From: Octopus vulgaris
Taxonomy: Eukaryota
Length of the DNA: 64,000 nt
NCBI GenBank assembly: GCA_951406725.2
Contig: OX597826.1
Location: 10,788,001-10,852,000 of the forward strand
Direction: 5' to 3'
Positions 1 through 13,635 of the stretch are shown piece after piece. Position 1 is the first letter of the stretch; every line of letters begins with the position of its first letter. The position numbers and the translations under genes were made by a program. The notes beneath the pieces were generated by a model that made no database searches, was not told where the DNA came from, and saw only the letters and a program-made list of their open reading frames with translations.

Positions 1-307
1 CTTACCACACAGCCACTCCTGTGCCTATTATATCTGTTTGCATTATTGACTTATACAGATACACCAGTTACCTCAGATCCTAGGAATTTAAACTGCAAAT
101 ATGAAGGTGTGTGGCTTAATGGTTAAGGTATTCAGCTCATGATCTTACGGTCATGAGTTCAATTCTCAGCAATGTATTGTGTCCTTAAAGCAAGACTTTA
201 TTTCATGTTGCTCCTGTCCACTCAGTTGGCAAAAATGAGTAGTACCTGCATTTCAAAGGGCCAGCCTTGTCACATTCTGTGTCATGCTGAATCTCCCTGA
301 GAAATAT

Positions 308-423
308 TCATACATACATATATATATGTATGTATATATATACATGCATACATATATATATACATGCATACATATATATATATACATGCATACATATATA
401 TATATATGCATACGTATATATAT

Positions 424-470
<47 letters not shown>

Positions 471-658
471 GCAATATATATATATATATATATACATGCA
501 TACATATATATATATATATATATATACATGCATACATATATATATATATATATATATACATGCATACATATATATATATATATATATACACATACATACA
601 TATATGTATGTATATATATATATACATACATACATATATGTGTATATATATACATGCA

Positions 659-739
<81 letters not shown>

Positions 740-809
740 ATATATACATACATATATGTGTATATATATACATGCATACATATATATATATGTATCTATG
801 TATATATAC

Positions 810-844
<35 letters not shown>

Positions 845-1045
845 CATATATGTGTGTATATAAATATATACATACATATATGTATATATATACATATATG
901 TGTGTATATATATATATACATATACATATATGTATATATATATATACATATATGTGTGTATATATATATATACATATACATATATGTATATATATATATA
1001 TATACATATATGTATATATATATATACATACATGTATATATATAT
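308..1045. repeat. Long compound (TA)n/(CATA)n microsatellite; similar tracts at 1548-1805, 12541-12843, 23150-23485, 27806-28195
   Basis: Direct inspection; source of the YI-repeat ORFs in the track. Confidence 0.97.
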
Positions 1046-1772
1046 AAATCCTTAAATCCTTAAAAATGTTTTAGCCCGAAGGCCGCGGCCATGCTGGGGC
1101 ACCACCGCTGAATGAGCTACACTAGTTTGTGAATCCACCTCTGATACGTGGCACTTGATCAACAAGGGAGTTCGATGCTGCTGCCCGCATCCGTGTCTCC
1201 TGTCGTGAGGTAGGTTCATCTGGGACTCCCAACAAGAAGAGATCCAGTTTAGATACATACATACATATATATATATATGCATATACATACATACATACAT
1301 AAAAAAAAACACGATTCTTTCGTGGCCGTTGCCAGTACCGCTTGACTAGCCCTTGTGCCGGTGGCAAGTAAAAGCACCCACTACACTCTCAGAGTGGTTG
1401 GCATTAGGAAGGGCATCCAGCTGTAGAAACTCTGCTAGATCAAGATTGGAGCCTGGTGCAGCCATCTGGTTCGCCAGTCCTCAATCAAATCATTCTACCC
1501 ATGCTAGCATGGAAAGCGGACGTTAAACGATGATGGTGATGATAATGATACATACATATATGTATATATATATATACATGCATATATGTATATATATATA
1601 TATACACACATATATGTATGTATGTATGTATATATACATACATACATATATATATATATGTATGCATGTATATATATACACATATATGTATATATATATA
1701 TACATACATGTATGTATATATATATATACATACATACATATATATATATATACATACATACATACATGTATG

Positions 1773-1806
<34 letters not shown>

Positions 1807-2719
1807 AGGTGAAGGAAAGTGTTTATGTTGAGTTTTCTCCCCCTCTCAATGCGACACAATACGCCTGCAGGTACAGGGAAGAAAACTCGTATGGCAACAT
1901 GATTCCCCTTCAGTATACTAAAAGTTAATGAATTGTAATGTCCCACCCTCTCTCTTTCCCTCTCTGTTTATGTGTATGAGCAAATTTCTCTATGTGTGTG
2001 TGTGAGAGGTGGTAAGGTGTTCATGTCAGTCATGTTCAGTTAATAAATTGTAATGTCTCTCTGTATGGGTATATTTTTGTGTGTGCATTGTTTTTGTGTA
2101 CATTTGTCTCCAGAGTGAAACAGTTCTGCCACCAAAATAAGTTCAGTGTCCAATCACCTGTGCCAAATCACCAGTGCAACCAAACAGCCATTTCCTATCA
2201 TCTTACTCTCAAGCATGGATGCTGTGTCAGTTCACCTGCACTCAGTCTACTTTCACTTTCACAATAGTACATTCAATGAATCAACAGTCAAATCAATAAA
2301 TTATAACAAACAACTGAACAAATTTAACATGTATAATTTATTTATTTATCATTTATTCAATTTCTTTTTTTATTGAATGTCTAAAGTAATTTATTAACAA
2401 TAATAAAATAACAATTTGACGCCACCAACAAACTATCCGCCTCACACTTGGCAAAAAAAAAAAAAAAAATGAGATGAAAGCATCTATGAACATTTTCTTA
2501 TAGTAATTGTGTTTCAACAAATATTTATTTAAATGTCAATTAATTAAATAATTAACTTGTAATTTGTCCCTGTCTTAGTTTGTATGTATATATATATGCA
2601 TGTGTGCATGTATGTGTGAGTATATTTGTTAGATTATTTGGCAAAATACACTATCACAGATATGTTCAAAATATAACTAAAGTAATAATAATAATAATGA
2701 TAACAATAATAATGGTCTC

Positions 2720-2755
<36 letters not shown>

Positions 2756-2964
2756 TTTTCTACTAGAGGCACAAGGCCTGAAATTTTAGGGGAGGGGTAA
2801 GTTGAGTTCATCAACCCCCAGCATTCAACTGGTACTCATTTCATCGACCCCAAAAAGATGAAAGGCAAAGTTGACCTCAGAGGAATTTAAACACAGAAAA
2901 TAGAGCCAGAAGAAATGCTGCTATCGATATGCTAATGCTTCTCCCAACTTGTTGCCTTTAATAA

Positions 2965-2995
<31 letters not shown>

Positions 2996-4538
2996 AATAA
3001 TAGTAATAATAATAATCATCTTTACATTGGCACGAGGCCTCACATTGAAAGGGAAAAATAAATGACATTGTTTTAACACTAATGTTTTCCTCCCCAAGGA
3101 CATTAATGATAATATATGCAAAAATATTCTAGCTAATTGTAATTGAGTAATGAACTTGGTCCATTGAGAAATTACTGCTGCACTACAGGATCTACCACAA
3201 TTATAAGGACGTTATATTTACAGACAGGCACAAAGCCAATTAGCATTGGGAAAAATCACCCTTTGGAACAAGTATTTTAATGGCATTTCAGACCCTAAAG
3301 GTATGGAAAGCAGAATTGGATATGAATTCAGTTATTATACAAAAGAAATTGAATTTTCTAAAGCATTTGTTCCAGGATTCTGCTGTTTAAATGTAAACTT
3401 CACTACTTTCATAATAATGTTCAAGTAGTTTTTTTTTGTCTCGGTTCAAGATTATTATTATTATTATTTTTTTTTTTTTTAGGAAGAGGAGTTGATTAAA
3501 CATACAAACATATCAATACCATTACATACATCTTGTTGGTATATATTTTATTGACTCCTGAAACGTTTGATTCAGATATTGTAAAGCAGACAAAATTGTC
3601 TTACTATTATCATTTTGTCCACATCCTGTACCCCAAAATAAATACGGATTCCTCACATTGCCACAAGGCTGCAGATTTATCAGAAGAGAGAGAGTTAATT
3701 TTTATTGGTGGACCCAGAACATAAAACTAAATACAAATAGTATTCCTTTTATATTGATATTATCAGTTCCAATAACAGAGAGCCTCACATTTAAAATGGA
3801 TGTTCATTTTTTATCTCGTTTTTGTATTTGGTTTGGAAGCATATTTTATTGTGTCTGAGGAGTGTCATTCTCTTTTATCAAAAACAGTAAAAGGAGAAGG
3901 GAATTAAAATATTCTAGATGTAGCTCACCAAAAGCTTACATATTACTTTAAAACATATGCCCCACTCTCATATAATATTGGTTTATTTTTATTCAGTACA
4001 AGATCAGTTTTTGAGAAGAATTATAATCAACTGAATCAGTATCTATGTAATACTCATCAAAATCGAACCTAGCAAGATATTAATTCATAATATAGCGATA
4101 AGACGTAGTCAAGCACTTGGTTGTTTTTATTACTATATTGCCCTTTATTTTTATAGAAAGAGAATTTCAAATTTATAGAGTCAGGGGAGCATATGAAATC
4201 ATAATGTTTACATTTTCTTTAACCCTTTAAGCATTTAAACTGGTTTTGTGTCCAGACTGGCCAGATCTGGCCTCTTACACTTACCCTTCAATGTTATTCT
4301 AAAAATAAACACTCACGCCATTGAAATCTCAAAGTTACAAGGTAATGCATGGCTAATTCATATCGATGTGAATAAATAAACCTTAAACTTGACATAATAA
4401 TCTGAATGCTGAAGAAAGACTTAAAGCTATGTAGGTGAAAAGAACTGAAATGGAGTTGAGCCAAAAATCAAAACCAATTTATGGAAATTAGCTTCTGTGC
4501 TACAGGAAGTTGGCACTAAATCCTTTAACCCTTTAGCA

Positions 4539-5309
4539 CAAGGGTTCTCAACCATTTTTTTTTTTTTACCTATGGCCCCCTTTGATTACTATTTTATTCT
4601 TGTTTCTTTACTGCCCACAAGGAGCTAAACACAGAGAGGACAAACAAGGACAGACAGACGGATTAAGTCGATTATATTGACCCCAGTGAATAACTGGTAC
4701 TTATTTAATCGACCCCGAAAGGATGACAGGCAAAGTCGACCTCGGCAGAATTTGAACTCAGAACGTAACGACAGACGAAATACCTATTTCTTTACTACCC
4801 ACAAGGGGCTAAACACAGAGGGGACAAACAAGGACAGACAAATGGATTAAGTCGATTATATCGACCCCAGTGCGTAACTGGTACTTATTTAATCGACCCC
4901 GAAAGGATGACAGGCAAAGTCAACCTTGGCGGAATTTGAACTCAGAACGTAGCGGCAGACAAAATACCGCTAAACATTTCGCCCAGCGTGCTAACGTTTC
5001 TGCCAGTTCGCCACCTTTGATTACTATTTTATTCTGGTGGACCACTATAACCATTCGATGTTTAAAAACTAGTTTTATAGAAACTTCTCCCAAAATCCCT
5101 ATTTTGTTTTGCACACATTAATTGGTGTGGGTTGAACTCTGTAAAGTGTTAGAGAAAGAAACCTAGCAGTTTCTTGCAATAAATACCAATACATACATCT
5201 AAGGAATAATTTTTCAGGAGCCCTTAAAATACTATTGTAGATCTGCAATTTACTATTTTGTCATGTGGACCCCCCAAAAATCTTATATGGACCCGGTTGA
5301 GAACCACTG
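4539..5309. mobile_element. hAT-type MITE containing a nested SINE dimer, itself nested in a TTAA-type MITE
   Basis: TIRs CAAGGGTTCTCAACC / GGTTGAGAACCACTG; 8-bp TSD CTTTAGCA / CTTTAACA. Confidence 0.8.
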
Positions 5310-6508
5310 CTTTAACATTTAATCTGGTCATATCCAGCCAATAAATATTCTTTTCTTTATGTTCAAATCAGTCAGATCTTGCTTTTCACACCTACCCTGC
5401 AATGTCATTCTAAATATAAACAATTGCATCACTGAAGTATTATCAAACTTATGAAATAAGCTATGATTAATTCAAACCAATGTGAATGAATAAGCTGAGT
5501 GGTCTGGATGCTAAAGGGTTAGATATTTATAACCACAAATAAAGATTAGAAATGTAATATCTAAATTTTGAAAAGGCTGTTTAATATTTTCATCATTGAA
5601 ATATATAACGAAGAAAAAAAAATTAAGATCAACACAAAATAAGTTTCTCATAGGAATTATCATATTACCATTCTATGTAACAGTTACTTCAATTTTTGGA
5701 AGTGGTTCACAACTCCACCCACCCATCCATTTACACATGTGTATAAACATACATTCGTTTGATATGTATTTTTTTCTTTTTTGTTAGCAATGTTTAAAAT
5801 AATTTCTCTATCATTTTGAAAGCAACATCCCTAGTTATATCTGAAAGCAGGATATATATATATATATATACATACATATATGTCTCTCTCTCTATATATA
5901 TATACATATATACACTGAGGATCATCTGTAGGAAATTTGATTTTATGTTTGTGTGTGTGTACATATATATGTACAAAGAGAAAGAAAGTCACATGGAAAT
6001 CCAATACATCCAATCAATGCTTAAATATGTTTTCTTTTTATTCTATGAACCAATTTTTCTTTTAAAAGTTTCATATTTATGATGTATGCTTTCATTTCAT
6101 ATATTTTCAAAAGAATCTTATAACTTAATGACTTTCATACACACACATATATCACCAGTTTCTCTCGTTTAAAAAAACCACTTTTTTCTTTAAAAATGTC
6201 TATATTGTAAATTTTCTTACAAACAAATGTATAAAGTTTCACTGATATAAACTCTTTAAGACATAGCTTCGGTTGAATTCAGCCAATTGAGTTATTATAG
6301 AGGATAATGTTTTCATGTGGTTCAAATGCATTCATTTAATTAAATTAGTTATTGAGTTGAATTGAAACCCCTTTTTGGCATTACAGATTTGTTTTGATCA
6401 ATAGTAATTTGAAAGCCATCAAAAGAATCTCCAAATAATTCATGTCTACTGGAATAAAAAAAAAATGTTGGCAGAAAGGTTTTTTTTTAACTGATCTCTC
6501 AATATAAA

Positions 6509-6539
<31 letters not shown>

Positions 6540-6733
6540 GTAGAAGGTTGAAAAGGAACACACGAGTTGATATATAGGGGGGAAAAAAAGTCAACATAGA
6601 AAATGCTAAAATAATTTTATAAAAAACATTTCATTATTTGCGTCATTATTTTTTGTCACTACCTCCGCGTGAGGTCGAGGCCCGGAATGTTTTTATAAAA
6701 TTATTTTAGCATTTTCTATCTTGACTTTTTTCC

Positions 6734-6774
<41 letters not shown>

Positions 6775-7355
6775 CAGTTACTTTATAAAGGTAAAAGTGA
6801 TTTGTTAAAAATTAAATTTTCTTTAATTTTTAAAAATTTAATTTTTAGCCAATCACTGACGATTATTGAATATCATTTCAAAGTTGTTTTGTTTAACTGT
6901 TTGCCTGTCCTGTGTATCACATGTGATATATAGGACACATGTTTCCTTGGCATTCCTGCATCACATGTGATATACAATCCCAATATTGTTTTTCAATCAC
7001 CAGAGTAACTTGGGTCTTATGAAAGGGAAGTTTTATATTATGTAGAATGCATGAGACAAGGGTTAACTAAAAGTCTGACAACAAGCATAGACAAACTTTT
7101 TGGACAAACAAGCACAGACAAATTTTGACCAAAAGCATCCTTTTCAACCAATTCTCTTTTTATATTCTGACAGGAATGGCAAAGAAAAAAAAATTTTTTT
7201 TTTCTCTGAAGGCTCCAAATGTAATTAAGAAAAGATGTGAAAAGTACCAAAATTTTTGTTAGGGATATAACCGCAAGTAAATCCAAAGATTCAGTTTTCA
7301 AGAAAAAACAGTAATGATAATTACTGTTGTATTATATTGTCACCAGCTCTTCATT

Positions 7356-7566
7356 GTGTACTTACAGAAATGCAACACAGAATTTTGTCAGTGAACAGGT
7401 CACAGTCTCAAAGCGACGAAAATATTTTGACAAATTAAATTTAAATGTTGAAGTGAATCTAACGGTTTTTGTGTGTTTCTTAAATGGCCTATAAACACCT
7501 TCCATGCTGTAATTGTTTTTGTTCCACCACACAATCTCAGATGAGGTCACTTGCTATGCAAGTACA
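7356..7566. mobile_element. Short MITE-like element
   Basis: Termini TGTACTTACA / TGCAAGTACA. Confidence 0.45.
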
Positions 7567-8848
7567 TCTCCGTAAACAGCAATGATAATTATTCTGATAT
7601 TAACTCTTTTACTGCAGAAAATAGATATATCCACTGAAAATTTCGTTACCTTCAACTGTGGAAAGCAGTTTTACATATCAAACTATCTTTTGTTGAGAAA
7701 TGTCATATTTGAAACTATTTTCTGTTGAGCTACGTCAAGTTTATTGAGGTTATGTGACTTTCAGAAAACATCATTTGTATTTTTTTTATTGATATTCAAT
7801 AGCATAACTGGAATCTATATGGAATTTAATTTTTTAGTTAAAAGGTTAAAATGAAAGTTAAAAACAAATCTCTAAGGATTTAACAAGTGGTTGTGTCACA
7901 TGAATAGATTTTATATTTTGAAATTTTATCTGTATTTCCTCACAAACATGCGCACATATTTAATATGTGTGAGGGTGTGTGTGTGAAAAACACTCCATTG
8001 TGTTGGATCACCAATAAAGAGGACATTTTGATTTAGTACCTCTTCAAATTATTGACACAGAAAAGGATAATGAACTCAGTAGACTTGGTTAACTAATCTG
8101 TTATCAGTTTTAAAACACTGCTGCTGTTTGCACCAACAATTAGTTGTTGCAATGTTATGTGGAAAAAAAAAAATCCACTTGGAAGCTAAGTATTTTGAGT
8201 AAGTACACAATTAAGAGCTGATGACAATATAATACAACAGCCATACATTCATCCAATTGTTCAGTATTCAATCAACTCAACAATAATGTACTGAGAGGGA
8301 AAGACAGCCAAGATAGTTATCAATGCACAATACAATCACAGGATTAATTGAAATCAAGTGGAGATAGAAATCCAAAATAACAACAACAATAACAACAATA
8401 CTTTCTATTATAGACACAAGGCCTGAAATTTTGGGAAAAGAGGCTAGTCATTTACATCAATCGCCAGTGCTCAAATGGTATTGCTTTTATTGGCCCTGAA
8501 AGGATGAAAGAGAAAGTTGGCTTTGGTGGAATTTGAACTCAGAATATAAAGATGGATGAAATGTTGAATAATTATAATAATAATAATAATAATTATTATA
8601 ATTATAATAATAATAATAATAATAATAATAATCCTTTCTATTATAGGCACAAGGCCTAAAACTTTGGAGGAGGTGGCTATTTGATTTTATCAACCCTGGC
8701 ATTTCACTGGTACTTAATTTATCAGCCCTGAAAGGATGAAAGGTAAAGTTGACCTTGGCAGAATTTGAACTCAGAACATAGCAACAGGCGAAATACTGCT
8801 AAGCAGATCATCCAACATGTTAACAATTCTGCCAGCTCACTGTCTTAA

Positions 8849-8885
<37 letters not shown>

Positions 8886-9033
8886 TTAATAAATATAATG
8901 GTTTCAAATTTTGGCACAGGGCAACCCAAGTGTTCAACTGGTACTTACTTTATCCACCCTGAAAGGATGAAAGGCAAAAATCGATCTCGGTGGAATTTGG
9001 ACTCAGAACATAAAGATGGATGAAATACAAAAT

Positions 9034-9568
9034 ATTATATTATAAAAGAGAAGCAGATCTTCGTCTCTCTGTCTGCCACATCTGTTAGAGGGAGGGAAAG
9101 GGTAGGAATCAAAATATACATTATAATGTATCTTTAGAAGAAGGAGTAGGAGAAAAAGTTGTTAAGAGAGAAATACAGGGAGAGAGAGAGAGAGAGAGAG
9201 AGAGTGTATGAAAGACAGGTAGTTTCCACTATAGTAACTAATAAGTTTTGATTAAAAACTTGAGAATTTTAAGTGTAACTCTGTCAACACAATGCTACAT
9301 AGCTTTAAAAAACACTTTCATTATATAACAGTATAGTTGTCTTTTGGTTGTTTGTGTGTGTAAGATAGAATAAAAATTTGTTGCAAGAAAAAAAATTATT
9401 GTTGTTGAGAGAGAGAGAGAGAAAGTGTGTGTGTAAAAGGTTGATAGAATGTTGTCACCATAGTAACTAACAAGACTTTCGCTATATAACAGTTTATTAT
9501 TAAAAGAAGATATGTGCATGATTAACAGGTATTTTTACCGTCAGCATAGTGATGGGTAAAAACCTTAG
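9034..9568 (+). mobile_element. Helitron-like non-autonomous element
   Basis: 5' TATTATAAAA; 3' hairpin TTTTTACCGTCA..TGATGGGTAAAAA followed by TTAG|T. Confidence 0.45.
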
Positions 9569-9803
9569 TAGTAATAATAATCCTTTCTACTATAGGCACA
9601 AGGCCTGAAATTTTAGGGGAGGGGACTAGTCAATTACATTGACCCCCAGTGTTTCATTGGTACTTAATTTATCCATCCCAAAAGGATGAAAGGCAAAGTC
9701 GACCTCAGTGGAATTTGAACTCAGAATGTAGTGACAAGTGAAATACCACCAAGCATTTCATCCAGCATGCTAACTATTCTGCTAGGTTGTCACCTTAGTA
9801 GTA

Positions 9804-9854
<51 letters not shown>

Positions 9855-9873
9855 ATAATAATGATAATAATAA

Positions 9874-10454
9874 TGAGCACTCAGAGAGAACAAACCTCTG
9901 CCAAGGCAACACCAATGTCCTCCCAATGATTAGGCAGAGATGTTTTTTGAAATGTGAATATCTGAAATAAACTCAACTGCTCTCACAAACAAGAATACTA
10001 AAAATGAACTCAACCACTCTCAAAAATTAAGTAAAAAAGCCTGAAAAATAATCCAGAATCCTTGTCCGGTACCTTGGTTTATCCCAATGGTAGTCATGAA
10101 ATGTGAGGGTGGCTGTAGAAAATTTAGTACAGTAATAGATAGTTTATCCTTATCTAATACAAGTCAAAGTTAACAAATTCACCATTCCAAAAGGGGAGAT
10201 AATTGAGAAAGACTTGAAAGTTAATGTAAGATCGTAATCATGTAAAGAAAAGTAAATATAACAAAAAATAATCCAGAATCCTTGTCCAGTACTGGATCAA
10301 ACCCAAAATCTAATCAGTTTATGCCAGTCATGAGGCCAAACAGTCTTGAAAGTTTCATCCGAATCCATCCAGTGGCTCTTGAGATATCTTGTCCACGGAC
10401 AGACAAATAAATGCAACTGAAAACAATACCCCCGCCTTTGCTAAGGCAGAGGTA
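9874..10454 (-). mobile_element. DINE-1/HINE-like (Helentron-associated) element
   Basis: Subterminal inverted repeats ACCTCTGCC / GGCAGAGGT with adjacent short IR; internal direct repeat AAAAATAATCCAGAATCCTTGTCC; flanked by (AAT)n. Confidence 0.5.
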
Positions 10455-11094
10455 ATAATAATAATAGTAGTAGTAAAAAAAAGACATGTAAACACTTCCA
10501 TATAGTTTAAACATCAGTTTTCCTTTTTTAAAGTCATACCTGTTTCAGGACAGAGGTTTTATAGGACACTTTGTCAGTAGAATTTCTATTGCTTTCTAAG
10601 TAAGCTTGGGACAGTAAGAATGTTATGCAAGCAGAGTTGAGAAACAAAATTGGAGACATTTATGCCTTTAATGTGAATGATGTGAGGTGGGATGGGAAGC
10701 ATTAATAATATTGGGGAGAGGGGAAGACCGTTACAACTGGGAATAGAGACTGGTTTGTGAATGTAGTTTACCACTTTCTTCCTTGCTGTTATTTTGAACA
10801 AAAGTCATATAAAAGAAATTTAAAACAACTCCCAAAGCATGCAATAAGACAAATAATTTCATAAAGATTTGAAGGAGGGACTGTTTGTGACTGATGTTAC
10901 GATGGCGGAAATGATAAGAGAGATAGGAAGACTAGATTAAATTTTTAAAAATTAAATAAGTTTGAAATTCTGTGACGTTGCTTTCCCCTCTAATGAAGTG
11001 ATCTACTTGAAACATGAGACTTCTTCATCACAGCAAGAATTTTTTCCCATTGTTTAAAATATTTCTATTCTTTAGATTTGTTGTTGTTATGACC

Positions 11095-11790
11095 TTTAAG
11101 CACTCTCGTCATTGGTGACGAGGACCACAATAACAACATCAGCACCTTCACCATAACAGGCAATGGTGATACCATCACTGACGCCACCACCACTTCCAGT
11201 GATGCCAATACCAGCAGTCCCAGCTCCGACAACAATGTCAGCGGCAGCAGCAGCAGCAACAACAACAACACCAGCACAGCTCACGGAGATACATTAGATG
11301 TTGCGGGAATTCTTTCAAGCAATGTTTCTCCAACCATAGATCCTCCTTCAGAGTTCTGGAAAGGAGATATGTAACATCACTGGCCAGCCACATCTGGCAA
11401 CTAAGAGATGACAGGATTCCAAACTCGATATCACGGAAATCCTTGAGAACCCAGATCCCTACATCAATGGGAAGAAACGGTGCAAGTAATTGATAGCTGA
11501 ATGGGCGAGAACCCTAAAGACTTAATAGAACCAGGAAACATCCTTAACTCCAGAATGGAAATTTTTGGAGCCCACAAGATGGTGGCACAGCTGGACGTTG
11601 ATAGCCAATAGCAAAAGGGAGATAATTCCCAATTTTTAACCTTTGAGTAGTGAGGCATTTCCCCATCCATATTTTTAAGAGGTCATGGGCCAACTGGATT
11701 TTGGGATCTGATGATACACCATAAAGCTAAATCCTTTATGGACGGGAAACCTAAGGAAATCCCATAAACCGGCTTTTCCCATTGTAATAT
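11095..11790 (+). mobile_element. Degenerate Penelope-like (Naiad-type) 3' fragment: GIY-YIG remnant plus decayed hammerhead
   Basis: YIRCCGNSFKQCFSNHRSSF..TSLASHIWQLR..PYINGKKRCK..ILNSRMEIFG parallels the EN domain at 51054-51420; GGGAT CTGATGA..CCATAAAG/CTTTATGG..GAAA CCTAAGG aa ATCCC at 11703-11763. Confidence 0.75.
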
Positions 11791-11851
11791 ATACTGCTCT
11801 ACATTTGAGAGTGTGCTGCTTCTTTTGGACTTTTACTGTTTTTCATAAACA

Positions 11852-11891
<40 letters not shown>

Positions 11892-12120
11892 AGACAGTTA
11901 GGTGATACAAAAAAAGACAGCGAGGTTGTTACCAGTGCCGCTGGACTGGCTCCTGTGCAGGTGGCATGTAAAAAAACACCTTTTGAGCATGGCTGTTGCC
12001 AGTACCACCTGACTGGCCCCCGTGCCGGTGGCATGTAAAAGCACCCACTACACTCTCGGAGTGGTTGGCATTAGGAAGGGCATCCAGCTGTAGAAACTCT
12101 GCCAGATCATATACGTATAT

Positions 12121-12156
<36 letters not shown>

Positions 12157-12844
12157 TTTTATTACCACGCTGGCTACCTAATAAAATTATTATTGATTTT
12201 ACCCTTTAATATCAAAAATATACCTTATGTATTTATATGTTTCTTATATATACGTATTTTTATATATTTATTATTCTAGGTTTTATAATGTATAAAAAAA
12301 AATTTTTTTTAGACGATGAAGTATTAATTTTTTAATTTTTTATATTGCAATAGACTGTACTCACTTTTTTCTATATGCTTTATTAAATGAAATATTGTTT
12401 CATCTTCTGTGATTTTGTGCATCAGTGTTCTATGTATAAGAAAAAGCACTATGTTTCTTTATATGTGATTAAATATTCGAGATGTGATATGTTAACTGGA
12501 TGACCTTAAATTTGTTGCTTGTTCTACAACCAAAGTTTGTTACATATATATATATATATATACACATATATATATACATATATATACATATGTACATATA
12601 CATATTTATATATATATACATATATATATACATTTATATATACATATACATACATATATATACACACAAATTTATATATATATATATATATATATAGACA
12701 TACATAAATATATATATATATATATACACATATACCTACATACATATACACATACATAAATACAAATACATATATATATACATACATAAATACATATACA
12801 TATATATACACATGTATATATACATATATATATAAATATATATG

Positions 12845-13340
12845 TTGGATTTGCAAACCTCTGGCATACACTGCATTGAAAGCTGTGCACAGGCATATAG
12901 GCAGAATAGTTGGTAGAGGTTTTTTTTCCATGCGTTCGCAGATGAGATTTGAGGCCAGCAAAAGACAGGCATGGTCTGTCACAGACTGTGCACACAAAAG
13001 TGTCATTGTCATTCACCTTCTCGATCGTAACATTCTTCCTTAGATCTCTTTTGAGTATTACTTGTGTTATCCTGGTCTCTTCAAATGCTTTCACTCCACT
13101 CCACACCTTTGTTCGCCATCCAACTCGATCTGAAACAAGGGTTTCTATATCTTCTGGAACCATTCTAAGTGATTTCATAGTAGTCCTGATGCCGTCCTTA
13201 AACCCTTTTTTAGGTTTACACTGATAGTGTTTCCCCTTTACAAGCTCACCATAAAACAGCTATTTTGGCATGTGTTCATCTGCCATTTGAACAATATGGC
13301 CACACCATCTCAATTGGTTTCTTAAAATCATAGCTTTGAA
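12845..13340 (-). mobile_element. RTE-like LINE 3' fragment with C-terminal C2H2 zinc finger
   Basis: QLRWCGHIVQM..LFYGEL..RFKD..DRVGWR..CTVCDRPCLSFAGLKSHLRTH. Confidence 0.8.
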
Positions 13341-13410
13341 TTAAAATCTTCCACAAAATCTTAGTCACAATTTATGTTCCTAACACTAGCTGAATGGTAA
13401 CTAAATTATA

Positions 13411-13635
13411 AAGGCGGCGAGCTGGCAGAAATGTTAGCACGCCGGGCGAAATGCGTAGCCGTATTTCGTCTGCCATTACGTTCTGAGTTCAAATTCCGCC
13501 GAGGTCGACTTTTCCTTTCATCCCTTCGGGGTCGATAAATTAAGTACCAGTTACACACTGGGGTCGATGTAATCGACTTAATCCGTTTGTTTGTCCACTC
13601 TGTGTTTAGCCCCTTGTGGGTAGTAAAGAAATAGG
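13411..13635 (+). mobile_element. tRNA-derived SINE family A (many copies, e.g. 4600-5015, 14725-14940, 39283-39720, 42780-43010, 43885-44443, 47488-47855)
   Basis: A-box-like GAGCTGGCAGAA, B-box GAGTTCAAATTCC, conserved GTCGACTTTGCCTTTCATCC body. Confidence 0.85.

Noticed and set aside
253-1946. Many long YI/IY-repeat ORFs (also near 12.5, 23 and 27.8 kb)
   Set aside because: Translations of (TA)n-type microsatellites that happen to lack stops in these frames
12385-12428. Hammerhead in a TA-flanked insert (CTGATGC..GAAACAATATT, minus)
   Set aside because: Core mutated and stem II not formable; at best a decayed relic
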